DNA of 64,000 bases from Candidatus Moraniibacteriota bacterium (GCA_013334575.1 JAAXXG010000005.1:3080-67079); one strand, 5' to 3'. Positions 31,002 to 40,126 are shown, counted from the first letter of the stretch. Notes: a model not told the origin generated them from the letters alone. Made by a program: numbers and translations.

Positions 31002-31967
31002 ATGCGAGAGTACCTCACGGAATTCCGAAACATCGACTACGTCATCCGGAATGCGGAGAAAATACTCCTCTTCGCTCATACCCGGCCCGATTCCGACACC
31101 GTCGGAGCGAATATCGCCCTTCAGGAACACATAGAGACTCTCGGGAAGCAGGTAGACATCGCCTGTCAGGACGTCTTTCCGGAGTTTGCCAAGGCGCTGT
31201 TTCCCTCCACGAAGTTCATCACGCCGGATCAGCTCGATTTCGGAGAATACGACGCGTTTATCGCGTCGGACAGCGTGAATCGCGGTTTTCATGCCGTCCG
31301 CAACCGGATTTCTGAAGAGAAGGTCGTCATCCTGATCGATCATCACCCCATAGAGGACCCCGAGGGGGACGTCATCATCATCGATACCGGATTCTCGTCC
31401 GCCTGTGAAATCGTCTATCGCTACTTCGAGTTCGCGAATGTGCGCTTATCGCATCGGATGGCAACCGCCCTCCTGCTCGGAATCCTGGGGGATACCGGAA
31501 ATTTACAACACTCCTCGACGACTCCCGCGACCTTTTCCGCCGCGGCAGCACTTATCCGAAGCGGCGCCCAACTTCCGAAGATCACGAATGACGTCTTCTC
31601 GAACAACAAAATCAGCACGCTTAAGCTGTGGGGGAGGGCACTTTCCCGAGCTCGCATCAATCCGCAGAACGGGATGATCTATTCCGCGATCACGGGACGA
31701 GACATCGAGGAACTCGGAAACCCTTCGACCGAGGATCTCTACATCGCTTCCGCGCTTCTCAATAACGTTCCGGATTCACGTTTCTCGCTTCTCTTCTATC
31801 AGATTTCTCCCGATTCGGTCCGCGGCAGCCTCCGTACGGAGCCTCACAAGGGAGTGGATGTCTCCGCTATCGCCCAGTCCCTCGGCGGCGGGGGGCACAA
31901 GTATGCGAGCGGTTTCGAGATTCCCGGCCGGATCGTCGAGACGGAAAATGGCTGGGAGGTGCGGTAA
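31002..31967 (+). CDS. DHH-family phosphoesterase (NrnA-like)
   Basis: HTRPDSDTVGA and DHH motifs, followed by a DHHA1-like C-terminus. Confidence 0.75.
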   Translation: MREYLTEFRNIDYVIRNAEKILLFAHTRPDSDTVGANIALQEHIETLGKQVDIACQDVFPEFAKALFPSTKFITPDQLDFGEYDAFIASDSVNRGFHAVRNRISEEKVVILIDHHPIEDPEGDVIIIDTGFSSACEIVYRYFEFANVRLSHRMATALLLGILGDTGNLQHSSTTPATFSAAAALIRSGAQLPKITNDVFSNNKISTLKLWGRALSRARINPQNGMIYSAITGRDIEELGNPSTEDLYIASALLNNVPDSRFSLLFYQISPDSVRGSLRTEPHKGVDVSAIAQSLGGGGHKYASGFEIPGRIVETENGWEVR

Positions 31968-31987
31968 AACGGAGTTATCAACCACTT

Positions 31988-32593
31988 ATGAACGATGCGG
32001 TTTCCGACATCAAGAAACGTCTCCTGCTCGACCTGAACGGACGCATGTCGGAAGACTGCGTATGTTCGCTACGCCGTACCGCGACGCAGGCCGTGCCCGG
32101 AGCGGGGAATGCCTCAGCGGAGGTCCTATTCATCGGCGAAGCCCCGGGTAAGAACGAGGATCTGCAGGGAGTGCCGTTCGTAGGCGCAGCCGGAAAGTTC
32201 CTCGACGAGATGCTCGACTCGATCGGGATGAGGCGCGACGACATCTATATCACGAACATCGTCAAATATCGGCCGCCGGATAACCGCGATCCGCTTCCGG
32301 AAGAGATCCGGGACTGTTCCGAATGGCTGCACGAGCAGATCGGGATCATCGATCCTCTTCTGATCGTAACGCTCGGACGGCACGCTATGAACCATTTCTT
32401 CCCGGACCTGCGCATATCGGAGTCTCACGGAAAGGCTTTTCGCAGGGAATTCCCGCAAGGAAGGGCTCAAGTCTTTTACGCGCTCTATCATCCGGCGGCT
32501 GCGCTGTACAACGGGGGAATGCGCGAAACGCTCAAGCAGGACTTCCTCCGAATCCCGGCGCTCTTACGTAAACTCCGCCCTGAGCGTGAATAA
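31988..32593 (+). CDS. uracil-DNA glycosylase, family 4
   Basis: GEAPGKNEDLQGVPFVGAAGKFL and HPAA motifs. Confidence 0.8.
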   Translation: MNDAVSDIKKRLLLDLNGRMSEDCVCSLRRTATQAVPGAGNASAEVLFIGEAPGKNEDLQGVPFVGAAGKFLDEMLDSIGMRRDDIYITNIVKYRPPDNRDPLPEEIRDCSEWLHEQIGIIDPLLIVTLGRHAMNHFFPDLRISESHGKAFRREFPQGRAQVFYALYHPAAALYNGGMRETLKQDFLRIPALLRKLRPERE

Positions 32594-32672
32594 ACGGAGG
32601 ACAACCGCCTTCATGCGCGTTTCGTTGACGTTCCGTGACCGTTTCTGGTACCCTGGGTTTGTTTTGAGGTAC

Positions 32673-32743
32673 GGTCCGATGGCCGAGTGGTCAGGCACGG
32701 GTCTGCAAAACCCTTCACGGCGGTTCGATTCCGCCTCGGACCT
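32673..32743 (+). tRNA. tRNA-Cys (GCA)
   Basis: Acceptor GGTCCGA/TCGGACC with U73 discriminator, anticodon loop ctGCAaa. Confidence 0.65.
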
Positions 32744-32775
32744 CAAGCAAATGAATCGGCCCTTTGAGCGGATAT

Positions 32776-32859
32776 GCCGCGGTGGTGGAACTGGTAGACA
32801 CAGGAGACTTAAAATCTCCCGGCCGCAAGGCCATGCGGGTTCGATTCCCGCCTGCGGCA
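32776..32859 (+). tRNA. tRNA-Leu (TAA)
   Basis: Long variable arm, anticodon loop ctTAAaa, acceptor GCCGCGG/CTGCGGC with A73. Confidence 0.8.
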
Positions 32860-32896
32860 CAAGAGTCGATGGCGATTTCCGAAACAAAACGAACAC

Positions 32897-35689
32897 ATGG
32901 CTCTCTGCCACAGCCTCCGCTGCGAACATTCCGTGACGCCGCTTGGCGTCGACGAACCGAATCCGCTTCTCGAATGGCACATCGAAAGCGAACAAGCCGG
33001 CTTTCTTCAGACGGCCTATCGGATTCAGGCAGCCCTTTCGAAGGAAGTCCTCGAACAGGAGCGTGACCTCACATGGGATACGGGAGAGGTCGAATCGTGG
33101 CACACGTTCGATATCCCGTACGAGGGTCTTCCCATCGCAAGCGCGCAACGTTATTTCTGGCGGGTCGCATCCCGGAATCAGGACGGCATATGGACGCCAT
33201 GGAGTAAGACTAGCTGGTGGGAAACCGGCCTTCTCAGGACCGAGGACTGGCACGCAAAGTTCATCGAACCTGGAAAGGAGGACGGCGTCGGCGCCGAGCG
33301 TCCGGCACCATATTTCCGCGCCGTGTTCGATATCGACCAGCCGATCAAGTCCGCAAGGGCATATGTGTCCTGTCACGGCATATATGAACTTTCCCTCAAC
33401 GGAGCACCCGTCGGAGACGCGGTATTCGCTCCGGGGTATACGAATTACCCCGATAGACTCCAATACCAGACCTACGATGTGACGGAATTTGTCCGCTCCG
33501 GAGGCAATGCCGTCGGCATGATTGTCGGCGACGGATGGTACAGAGGACGACTCGGTATCACCTCGCAGCGGGATACGTATGGCACCGTTCTGGGCGCGCT
33601 ACTACACCTCGACATCCTTCATACTGACGGGACTCATACGGTCGTGGCAACCGGGGAGGACTGGAAGTACGCGTTCGGCCCCATCAGAAATTCCGATTTG
33701 AAGGACGGCGAGACCTACGATGCCAGACTGGAATTCGACGGGTGGGATATTTTCGGATTCGATGATTCCGACTGGAAACCGGCTCAAGTCGCCGAACACA
33801 GGCTCGGCACGCTCGTGGCCTCGTCCGCCCCTCCGGTCAGGCGGAAGGAGCGCTTTCGACCGATCAACATCACGAAGTGTTCCCACGACACGTTTCTCCT
33901 CGATTTCGGTCAGAATATCGCCGGACGCGTCCGATTCCGGATTACAGGACCCCGTGGAACACGCGTCCGGATCCGACACGGAGAGACGCTCGACCAGAAC
34001 GGGCGACTCTCGCTCAAACATCTGCAGCCGACCGCGCCAGGCCTCCCGAAACTCCGCCAGGAAGACCTTTACATACTGAAAGGGGATGATTCGGAGGAAT
34101 ATGAGCCGCGATTCACATACCATGGATTCCGCTACGCGGAAGTCTCTGGATGGCCGTCGGACATTCTCGTTGCCGATTCATTCGAAGCGATCGCGATACG
34201 TACCGACTTTGAACGAACGGGCTATTTCCGCTGTTCGGATCCGGACCTGAACCGCCTGTATCGAAACATCCTCTGGAGCATGCGGGGAAATTCCGTCGAT
34301 ATCCCGACGGACTGCCCGACCCGTGAACGATCAGGATGGACCGCGGACGCGCATTTGTTCGCTGCGACTGCCACCTACGCTTACGATACCAGGACTTTCT
34401 ACGAAAAGTGGCTCTCTGACCTTTACTCGGACCAGCATCCGGACGGCCTCGTTCCGGATACGATTCCGGATCCGGGAGGCGCCCGCGCGAACGCCGTTTC
34501 CAGAATAACGGACGGATCATCAGGCTGGGGAGATGCGGCCGTCATCATACCATGGATACTCTATTCGCAAACCGGAGACCACCGAATCCTGGAGCGACAA
34601 TACCGCAGCATGAAGAACTGGGTCGACTACGGGAAAAAAAGGTTGTCGAGAACGGGATGGTCTCACCGGATGAACCCCGTCGAGCGCCTGAACGCATCCC
34701 GAATGCATCGGGAGCCGTATATCCTGGACAGCGGCTATCATTGGGGAGAATGGCTCCGTCCTGGCGAACGAAAGTCAGTCCCTCTCACGATGGGAAAGAA
34801 CATCCTGCTCGATGACCGCAGCGAAAGCGTAGCTGCGACCGCCTATCTGGCACATTCGGCCGACCTCCTCTCGCGCATCGCGAACATACTAGATGTTCCC
34901 GACGACGCCAGACGCTATTCGGAACTGTTCGATCACATTCGAAAGGCGTATTCCGAAGAGTTCATAAGAGATGGCCGCATGAACCCGGACGATCAGTCCG
35001 TGTACGTCAGGACGCTCGCCTTCTCCCTGGCACCCGACGCACTCCGGCCGATGCTTGCGAAGCGGCTCAATGAACTCGTCGAACACGGCGGCTACCATCC
35101 GGATACGGGCTTCCTTTCAACCGCATACCTTCTCGAGGCGCTCAACGATGCCGGATTCGCGGATACCGCCTACCGGCTCCTGAAGACGGACACGTACCCC
35201 TCCTGGCTCCATCAGATCAGAAACGGCGCAACGACCATCTGGGAAAGCTGGGATGGGATAGACAGCAAAGGGCAGGCGCATTTTTCGCACAATCACACGG
35301 CGCTGGGATCCATCGGACGATGGTTTTTCGAATCCATCGCGGGAATAAAGGTCGACGCCACGAAAGATGATCCCACCGTCTTCCGCATCGCTCCCGCTCT
35401 TGGCGGCGGATTGACATATGCCGCCGCGACGTATCATTCGCCATTCGGGATCGTCCGAACACGCTGGGACCTCATGGAAGACCGTTCGGCACGACTCCTT
35501 GTTTCCATCCCGCCAAATACGAGAGCGGAAATCAGCTTTCCAACACAAGATCGAGACACCATAACCGAATCCGGTTTTCCTGTACACGGCCGAAAGGACA
35601 TCCTCCCTATCCGTCGAGAAGAAACGCGATCCGACTACCTTGTCGTAAGCGGCACATATGTCTTCGAGTGGCCGCATGAAAGGAAGTAA
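32897..35689 (+). CDS. alpha-L-rhamnosidase (GH78)
   Basis: 930 aa. The N-terminus matches the rhamnosidase N-domain (..LLEWHIES..QTAYRIQAA..), followed by a six-hairpin catalytic domain and C-terminal domain. Confidence 0.8.
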   Translation: MALCHSLRCEHSVTPLGVDEPNPLLEWHIESEQAGFLQTAYRIQAALSKEVLEQERDLTWDTGEVESWHTFDIPYEGLPIASAQRYFWRVASRNQDGIWTPWSKTSWWETGLLRTEDWHAKFIEPGKEDGVGAERPAPYFRAVFDIDQPIKSARAYVSCHGIYELSLNGAPVGDAVFAPGYTNYPDRLQYQTYDVTEFVRSGGNAVGMIVGDGWYRGRLGITSQRDTYGTVLGALLHLDILHTDGTHTVVATGEDWKYAFGPIRNSDLKDGETYDARLEFDGWDIFGFDDSDWKPAQVAEHRLGTLVASSAPPVRRKERFRPINITKCSHDTFLLDFGQNIAGRVRFRITGPRGTRVRIRHGETLDQNGRLSLKHLQPTAPGLPKLRQEDLYILKGDDSEEYEPRFTYHGFRYAEVSGWPSDILVADSFEAIAIRTDFERTGYFRCSDPDLNRLYRNILWSMRGNSVDIPTDCPTRERSGWTADAHLFAATATYAYDTRTFYEKWLSDLYSDQHPDGLVPDTIPDPGGARANAVSRITDGSSGWGDAAVIIPWILYSQTGDHRILERQYRSMKNWVDYGKKRLSRTGWSHRMNPVERLNASRMHREPYILDSGYHWGEWLRPGERKSVPLTMGKNILLDDRSESVAATAYLAHSADLLSRIANILDVPDDARRYSELFDHIRKAYSEEFIRDGRMNPDDQSVYVRTLAFSLAPDALRPMLAKRLNELVEHGGYHPDTGFLSTAYLLEALNDAGFADTAYRLLKTDTYPSWLHQIRNGATTIWESWDGIDSKGQAHFSHNHTALGSIGRWFFESIAGIKVDATKDDPTVFRIAPALGGGLTYAAATYHSPFGIVRTRWDLMEDRSARLLVSIPPNTRAEISFPTQDRDTITESGFPVHGRKDILPIRREETRSDYLVVSGTYVFEWPHERK

Positions 35690-35692
35690 CTG

Positions 35693-35720
35693 AAAAGACC
35701 CCGGTCAGACGGGGTCTTTT
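35693..35720. terminator. bidirectional intrinsic terminator
   Basis: AAAAGACCCCGGTCAGACGGGGTCTTTT. Confidence 0.7.
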
Positions 35721-35750
35721 CCTTGGATATACGATCGGATCACGGCGATA

Positions 35751-36320
35751 TCAGTCGAGGACGACCTGCGCGACAAGGTGCCGTCGGCCGAACGCAAAGG
35801 CCTCTTTCTTGGTCTCCATGTAGATATCGAAGCGGTTTCCCTTTATCGCGCCGCCGCGATCCTCGCACCGGAAGACCCCGAGCCCGTCGATATCGATCTT
35901 GGCACCGAAAGGAAACTGCGGGGGACATGCGAGCGTACGGTTCTCCGCGACACGGAGACCGGAAGCGGTGACGCCGTCGGACTTTCCGCACTCATCGGCG
36001 GATGCGGTATATGCCGACGCATTTATCTCGAACGCCCCTTCGGGAAGCGCCTCCCAACGGTCAAGCTGCTTCTGCTTCCATCGTGCGAGGATGCGCTCCT
36101 CGGGCGAGGGAGTCGCGCGCTCTTCGGATACGGTCGACCGATCCGCCTCCGGAAGACCGAAGGCCGTCTTCAGCGAAAAGATGTCGTCGATACTCATCCG
36201 AGACGAGCTCTGCCCGTTCGACAGAGCATCGGAACGGTCGTCTACGGATTCGGCATTCGCGGCGTTCGCCCATGACAGGATCACTATCGATAGGACGAAC
36301 GCCAGACGTTTACCATGCAT
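35751..36320 (-). CDS. secreted 3D-domain (RlpA/MltA-like DPBB) protein
   Basis: Signal peptide MHGKRLAFVLSIVILSWANAANA. C-terminus ...GVTASGLRVAENRTLACPP..IDIDGLGVFRCEDRGGAIKGNRFDIYM. Confidence 0.7.
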   Translation of the reverse strand: MHGKRLAFVLSIVILSWANAANAESVDDRSDALSNGQSSSRMSIDDIFSLKTAFGLPEADRSTVSEERATPSPEERILARWKQKQLDRWEALPEGAFEINASAYTASADECGKSDGVTASGLRVAENRTLACPPQFPFGAKIDIDGLGVFRCEDRGGAIKGNRFDIYMETKKEAFAFGRRHLVAQVVLD

Positions 36321-36503
36321 ACGATACTGACAGTGCTTATCCAAGCCCTCCGCTTGGGCCATGCTCCCAGGTTTTTCCGAGCATAACTGACAATGCTAGC
36401 ACATATTTGTAATAATGTCAATATTGCGAAGCAGGGGAAAACACGAAAGAATCATGATATGATTTGAAACAAGCCAAAAAGCATCCTAAGGAGGGGATGA
36501 CCT

Positions 36504-36647
36504 CATGGCAAGAATAGCCCAAAAGCAACGCCACGTCGTTCCTCGCGGAGCCCGGAAGTCCGGGAAGTTTCCGTGCAAATGGCGAGTGTCCGGGAAACGA
36601 TTCCGAATCGTCGAGAGAGCAGATCGGAGCCGAAAGAATCTGGAATG
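36504..36647 (+). CDS. hypothetical small, highly basic protein (47 aa)
   Basis: Strong SD AAGGAGGGG 7 nt upstream, ORF MARIAQKQRHVVPRGARKSGKFPCKWRVSGKRFRIVERADRSRKNLE, then terminator AAAAGCCCTTGAACAAGGGCTTTT. Too short to appear in the supplied six-frame ORF track. Confidence 0.45.
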
Positions 36648-36772
36648 ACCTCGCCAAACCAAAAAGAAAAGCCCTTGAACAAGGGCTTTTCTCACTTATA
36701 CACGGGATATCAACCTTCGGAATCCTCTTATTCGGAATAGTCGAAGCAAAATGCCGGATTCAACGAACGCAG

Positions 36773-36985
36773 CTAGAATTTTCCATCCAGATATTTACCC
36801 GCGACACTGAGTGCAAACGACGGCAGGATGATGAAAACAGTGATCATGAGAAACCGGATAAACATCTCCTGAAGCGGCGTATCGGGCTGATCCGGACCGA
36901 AAGGCCCGATCAGTATCATCGTTATCCCTATGAGACCAAAAGCGATCGAGGCGTAAATAAACACCCTTGTTGCGATCCTTTGCAT
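36773..36985 (-). CDS. hypothetical small membrane protein
   Basis: 70 aa with 2 TM helices, in an AT-rich segment. Confidence 0.3.
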   Translation of the reverse strand: MQRIATRVFIYASIAFGLIGITMILIGPFGPDQPDTPLQEMFIRFLMITVFIILPSFALSVAGKYLDGKF

Positions 36986-37306
36986 GACAAGTCAAAAACA
37001 ATGATTGCACTGATTGTAGCACAAAGAGACACCGGATATGACAGCAAACCCAAAATAAACCCAATTGCCCCTTACGCCCCACGTCCGCAGCGTATCGCCC
37101 CCTCGAACGCGGCAAGCGTATTCTCGGGCGCATATCCGGACGCCTCTCGACGAGCGATAATCGGCATACGCCTATTTTCATAAGCATACGTCCTTCTCCC
37201 TCACAAGTTATGCTCGGAATATTCCGCAAAATATATCCCCCGGCATCCTATATGGACCCGGGGGATAACACATTAGATCCGACCGGCGCCGGATAACCAG
37301 CTTCTT

Positions 37307-38065
37307 CTACCTGGCTCCGAGCGTGATTGCGGGAAGGACCGAATCCTCGATCCGCTTCAATCGCTCGTAACGGTCAGGCTTGCCGAAATCGATTACGTAT
37401 CTGTTCATGCCGACAACGGCATCTACAAGACCTCTTGAAACGAACAACGGAAGCAATTCCCGCTCAAGCGACAGTTGTGATGTCCGTTCGCCGAAAGTCT
37501 CGAAGTTTTCGAGAACAAACCGCCTGTTCATGATATAGCACCCCGTACTACTCGCATTGTCCCAGCGGATCCTCCGTTCACCCTTCCCTTCGTCGAAACC
37601 GATAACTAGATTGTCGCGAACGGTTATCGCTCCGCAGTTCTGCACCATATCGTCATTTTTCGTCAGAACGGCGGTAATCTGGGAGCGTCTCATCACGTGT
37701 ATTTCGGCAATACGACGCACATCCACGTCGCTGACGACGGTATCGCCGTTACATACGAAGATGAGCTCGTTGGACGCCCGGGTAGCTGCAAGGCGGATAG
37801 CACCGCCAGTCCCCAACGGAGACTGCTCTCCGACGACACGAATGCCCATCCCTCTCCAAACCTCCTGTCTGAAAATAGACGAGATGCCATCAGAATTATG
37901 ACCGGCAGCGATGATTATCTCGTTACAGACTCCCATCAACCAGAGCACCTGGTGGACGATGAATGGAGAGCCATTAAATTCGAGAACCGCCTTCGGAACA
38001 CCCTTACAGACTCCCTCCATCCTCGTTCCTAAGCCGCCAGCGAGAATAATGCCCGTTATGCTCAT
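37307..38065 (-). CDS. sugar-phosphate nucleotidyltransferase (NTP_transferase fold)
   Basis: GIILAGGLGTRM N-terminal motif and strong SD GGAGGAGG. A hairpin terminator lies at 37227-37267. Confidence 0.75.
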   Translation of the reverse strand: MSITGIILAGGLGTRMEGVCKGVPKAVLEFNGSPFIVHQVLWLMGVCNEIIIAAGHNSDGISSIFRQEVWRGMGIRVVGEQSPLGTGGAIRLAATRASNELIFVCNGDTVVSDVDVRRIAEIHVMRRSQITAVLTKNDDMVQNCGAITVRDNLVIGFDEGKGERRIRWDNASSTGCYIMNRRFVLENFETFGERTSQLSLERELLPLFVSRGLVDAVVGMNRYVIDFGKPDRYERLKRIEDSVLPAITLGAR

Positions 38066-38472
38066 GTTAAGATCCTCCTCCGTTTAAGGTTCCTTTCGAT
38101 TCGTCTTATACAATTTCTACCCATGTAAAACAACATAATATTATAAATTAATAACTTTTATTTGTCAATATTTTCAGGCACTTCTTACTGTGCAACCGAA
38201 AAGACCGCTTGTTCACCTCATCTTTTTCCTCAACAATTTTCTGCGACACCCGGAATATTCTTGGCTTAGACGGAATCAACCGGAAGGGCTGCAGCGAAAA
38301 CCTCATAATCGGTAGCTATCGCCCCCTTTGGCCCGGAGCAGAGTCTGGAAAATCTGGATTTCCTCACACTCGCTTCTTCCCGTTCGGCTCCAGTTCCCCA
38401 TAAGAAAGAAGAAAAGTCTCATATGAGCCTCTTCTTTCCTTTGGGCTGGGCAGTGGATGCTATTGGAATCCA

Positions 38473-39054
38473 TTATTTGCAAAACAATGCCTTAACCCGC
38501 TCATAATCTTTGAGCACTTCCGTTCTTACTTCGTCAAAAAATATCTTGTCATTGTAATCGCGCTCGATCTTTGAGAGGGCCCATGAGGCAATCTCTTCGG
38601 AAGACTTGCCGGCTCTTCCCATGGCTTCACGCACATAATCATAAAAATTTGTTGACAAGTGAGCGACCGCATCAGCGGTTGCCATGACTTTTCCTTCACT
38701 TGTTACCGGCGCCTTCCCATCGCGACACCCATGGTGATTTATCGCGTCAATTACTGTTGCGATTTCCCGATCTGGAAAACCAGCATCTTTTAATAAGGTT
38801 TCTGCAATTTCCCGACTTCTCTTGGTATGCCTTTCGTCAAAGCGGCTCATCTCAGCATCGGCAATGTCATGAAGCATACCTGCGGCCATGGCCAATTCTT
38901 CCTTTGCGTGGATTTTCTTCGCTATTGCCTCGGCATAATTCACAACGACAAAAACATGGTTTTGGAAAAGCCAATCCGCCCAATCAGCACGATCAGGATT
39001 CTTTGCTTCGTAGAGCTGACAAACTTTTTCTTTCAGGAAATCAATCTTTTTCAT
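38473..39054 (-). CDS. HD-domain phosphohydrolase
   Basis: MLHDIADAE ... HH motifs typical of the HD superfamily. Sits in a lower-GC segment. Confidence 0.65.
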   Translation of the reverse strand: MKKIDFLKEKVCQLYEAKNPDRADWADWLFQNHVFVVVNYAEAIAKKIHAKEELAMAAGMLHDIADAEMSRFDERHTKRSREIAETLLKDAGFPDREIATVIDAINHHGCRDGKAPVTSEGKVMATADAVAHLSTNFYDYVREAMGRAGKSSEEIASWALSKIERDYNDKIFFDEVRTEVLKDYERVKALFCK

Positions 39055-39111
39055 ATATGAAATATATCATGAACATGCTTCCCGTTCGACTTCCAGAACT
39101 CCAGCAAAACT

Positions 39112-39140
39112 AAAAATCACCCCGATGCGGAGTGATTTTT
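39112..39140. terminator. intrinsic terminator following a tRNA-Gly 3' fragment
   Basis: AAAAATCACCCCGATGCGGAGTGATTTTT. It is a paralog of the hairpin at 39403-39428. Confidence 0.6.
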
Positions 39141-39148
39141 AGTTTCCT

Positions 39149-39166
39149 GAGCGGGTAACGGGAGTC
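39149..39166 (-). repeat. 18-nt exact copy of the tRNA-Gly 3' end (acceptor + T-arm half)
   Basis: GAGCGGGTAACGGGAGTC is identical to 39437-39454 of the intact tRNA-Gly gene. Confidence 0.85.
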
Positions 39167-39244
39167 CTCCGTGATCCAACCTGCCTTGACGGCGTGACAG
39201 GCGCGGAGCCAGGGTGCTACACACAGGAAGCGAAATGCATATGA

Positions 39245-39394
39245 GAGGGTAACGGGAGTTTCGTCCTCGGCGCCTGGTGGCGCCTCGTAGTCCGGGGCAG
39301 AGCCGGATACTCGGACTTCCTCGCATCCGTCTACACTCGATTCGCTCGCCTCCGCTCGCATCTCGCTTCTGCCCGTTCGACTCCCGTTACCCTC
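39245..39394. repeat. inverted-repeat element: 15-bp perfect arms (GAGGGTAACGGGAGT / ACTCCCGTTACCCTC) derived from the tRNA-Gly 3' end, enclosing ~120 bp
   Basis: Arms at 39245-39259 and 39380-39394. The interior contains the GGCGCC-TGGT-GGCGCC hairpin. Confidence 0.8.
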
Positions 39395-39402
39395 AGAAAA
39401 CC

Positions 39403-39428
39403 AAAAACTCCCCGAATGGGGAGTTTTG
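39403..39428. terminator. intrinsic terminator downstream of tRNA-Gly
   Basis: AAAACTCCCCGAATGGGGAGTTTT. Confidence 0.6.
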
Positions 39429-39437
39429 GTTCTTTTG

Positions 39438-39509
39438 AGCGGGTAACGGGAGTCGAACCCGTATTTCGTCCTTGGCAAGGACGCGTAATAGCCGCTATAC
39501 GATACCCGC
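39438..39509 (-). tRNA. tRNA-Gly (GCC)
   Basis: Acceptor GCGGGTA/TACCCGC with U73, anticodon loop ttGCCaa, T-loop TTCGACT. Confidence 0.75.
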
Positions 39510-39559
39510 TTACTTCCTGGACATGCTACCGACTTTCCCTCCATCCGGCAAGAGGAGTG

Positions 39560-39632
39560 TGGGACTGGCTGGATTCGAACCAGCGACCAAGCGGTTATGA
39601 GCCGCCTGCTCTAACCGCTGAGCTACAGTCCC
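39560..39632 (-). tRNA. tRNA-Met (CAT), elongator-type (could be tRNA-Ile2/lysidine)
   Basis: GGGACTGTAGCTCAGCGGTTAGAGC..., anticodon loop ctCATaa, and G1:C72 excludes an initiator. Confidence 0.7.
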
Positions 39633-39699
39633 GGCCCCATCGCGGATCGGAAACGGTGGATAAACGGTGATATTCCCGAGTTATCCACAGGATTTCCTG

Positions 39700-39771
39700 T
39701 GCCTGGAGACAGAATCGAACTGTCGACACGAGGATTTTCAGTCCTCTGCTCTACCACTGAGCTACCCAGGC
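39700..39771 (-). tRNA. tRNA-Phe (GAA)
   Basis: GCCTGGGTAGCTCAGTGGTAGAGC..., anticodon loop ctGAAaa. Confidence 0.8.
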
Positions 39772-39861
39772 GACTTTCCCCATTATACACGCTTTCTGTG
39801 CACGCTCAAGGACTCGTCCAGCATTCGCCGGACGCCCCGCGAATGCGGGGCGAACCCCGTG

Positions 39862-39935
39862 TGCACGCTGAGAGATTCGAACTCCCGACCCCCTCGGTGT
39901 AAACGAGGTGCTCTAACCAACTGAGCTAAGCGTGC
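39862..39935 (-). tRNA. tRNA-Val (TAC)
   Basis: GCACGCTTAGCTCAGTTGGTTAGAGC..., anticodon loop ttTACac. Confidence 0.8.
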
Positions 39936-40126
39936 GGCCCATTCAACCGTCAGTATAATCGACCCCGAGAATCATGCAACCCGGACAACGAAAGAGGGTG
40001 GCCTTCCACCCTCGCTGCGTTCGGTTGTTGTCCAGGTGAGCCCGCCTCGCTTCGCTGCGGCCTTCTCGTCCTCCCGCACGTCGAATCGTCGACGTGCTTC
40101 CTGGCCACTCTCACTCCGTTCGATTG

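Noticed and set aside
32673-32743. Long-arm (type II) tRNA at this position
   Set aside because: Hand folding gives a 71-nt class I tRNA with GCA anticodon and U73, consistent with tRNA-Cys. It is not Ser/Leu/Tyr.
32764-33066. 100-aa ORF MSGYAAVVELVDTGDLKSPGRK...
   Set aside because: This is the standard artifact of translating a tRNA-Leu gene (32776-32859). It runs into the rhamnosidase start.
36400-39110. Integrase or transposase in the low-GC segment next to the tRNA-Gly repeats
   Set aside because: No ORF here shows recombinase motifs; the segment is called a compositional anomaly only.
39243-39392. Additional intact tRNA gene inside the inverted-repeat element
   Set aside because: The arms pair as a single 15-bp stem. 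No complementary T-stem or anticodon arm could be formed on either strand, so it is tRNA-derived but not a tRNA.
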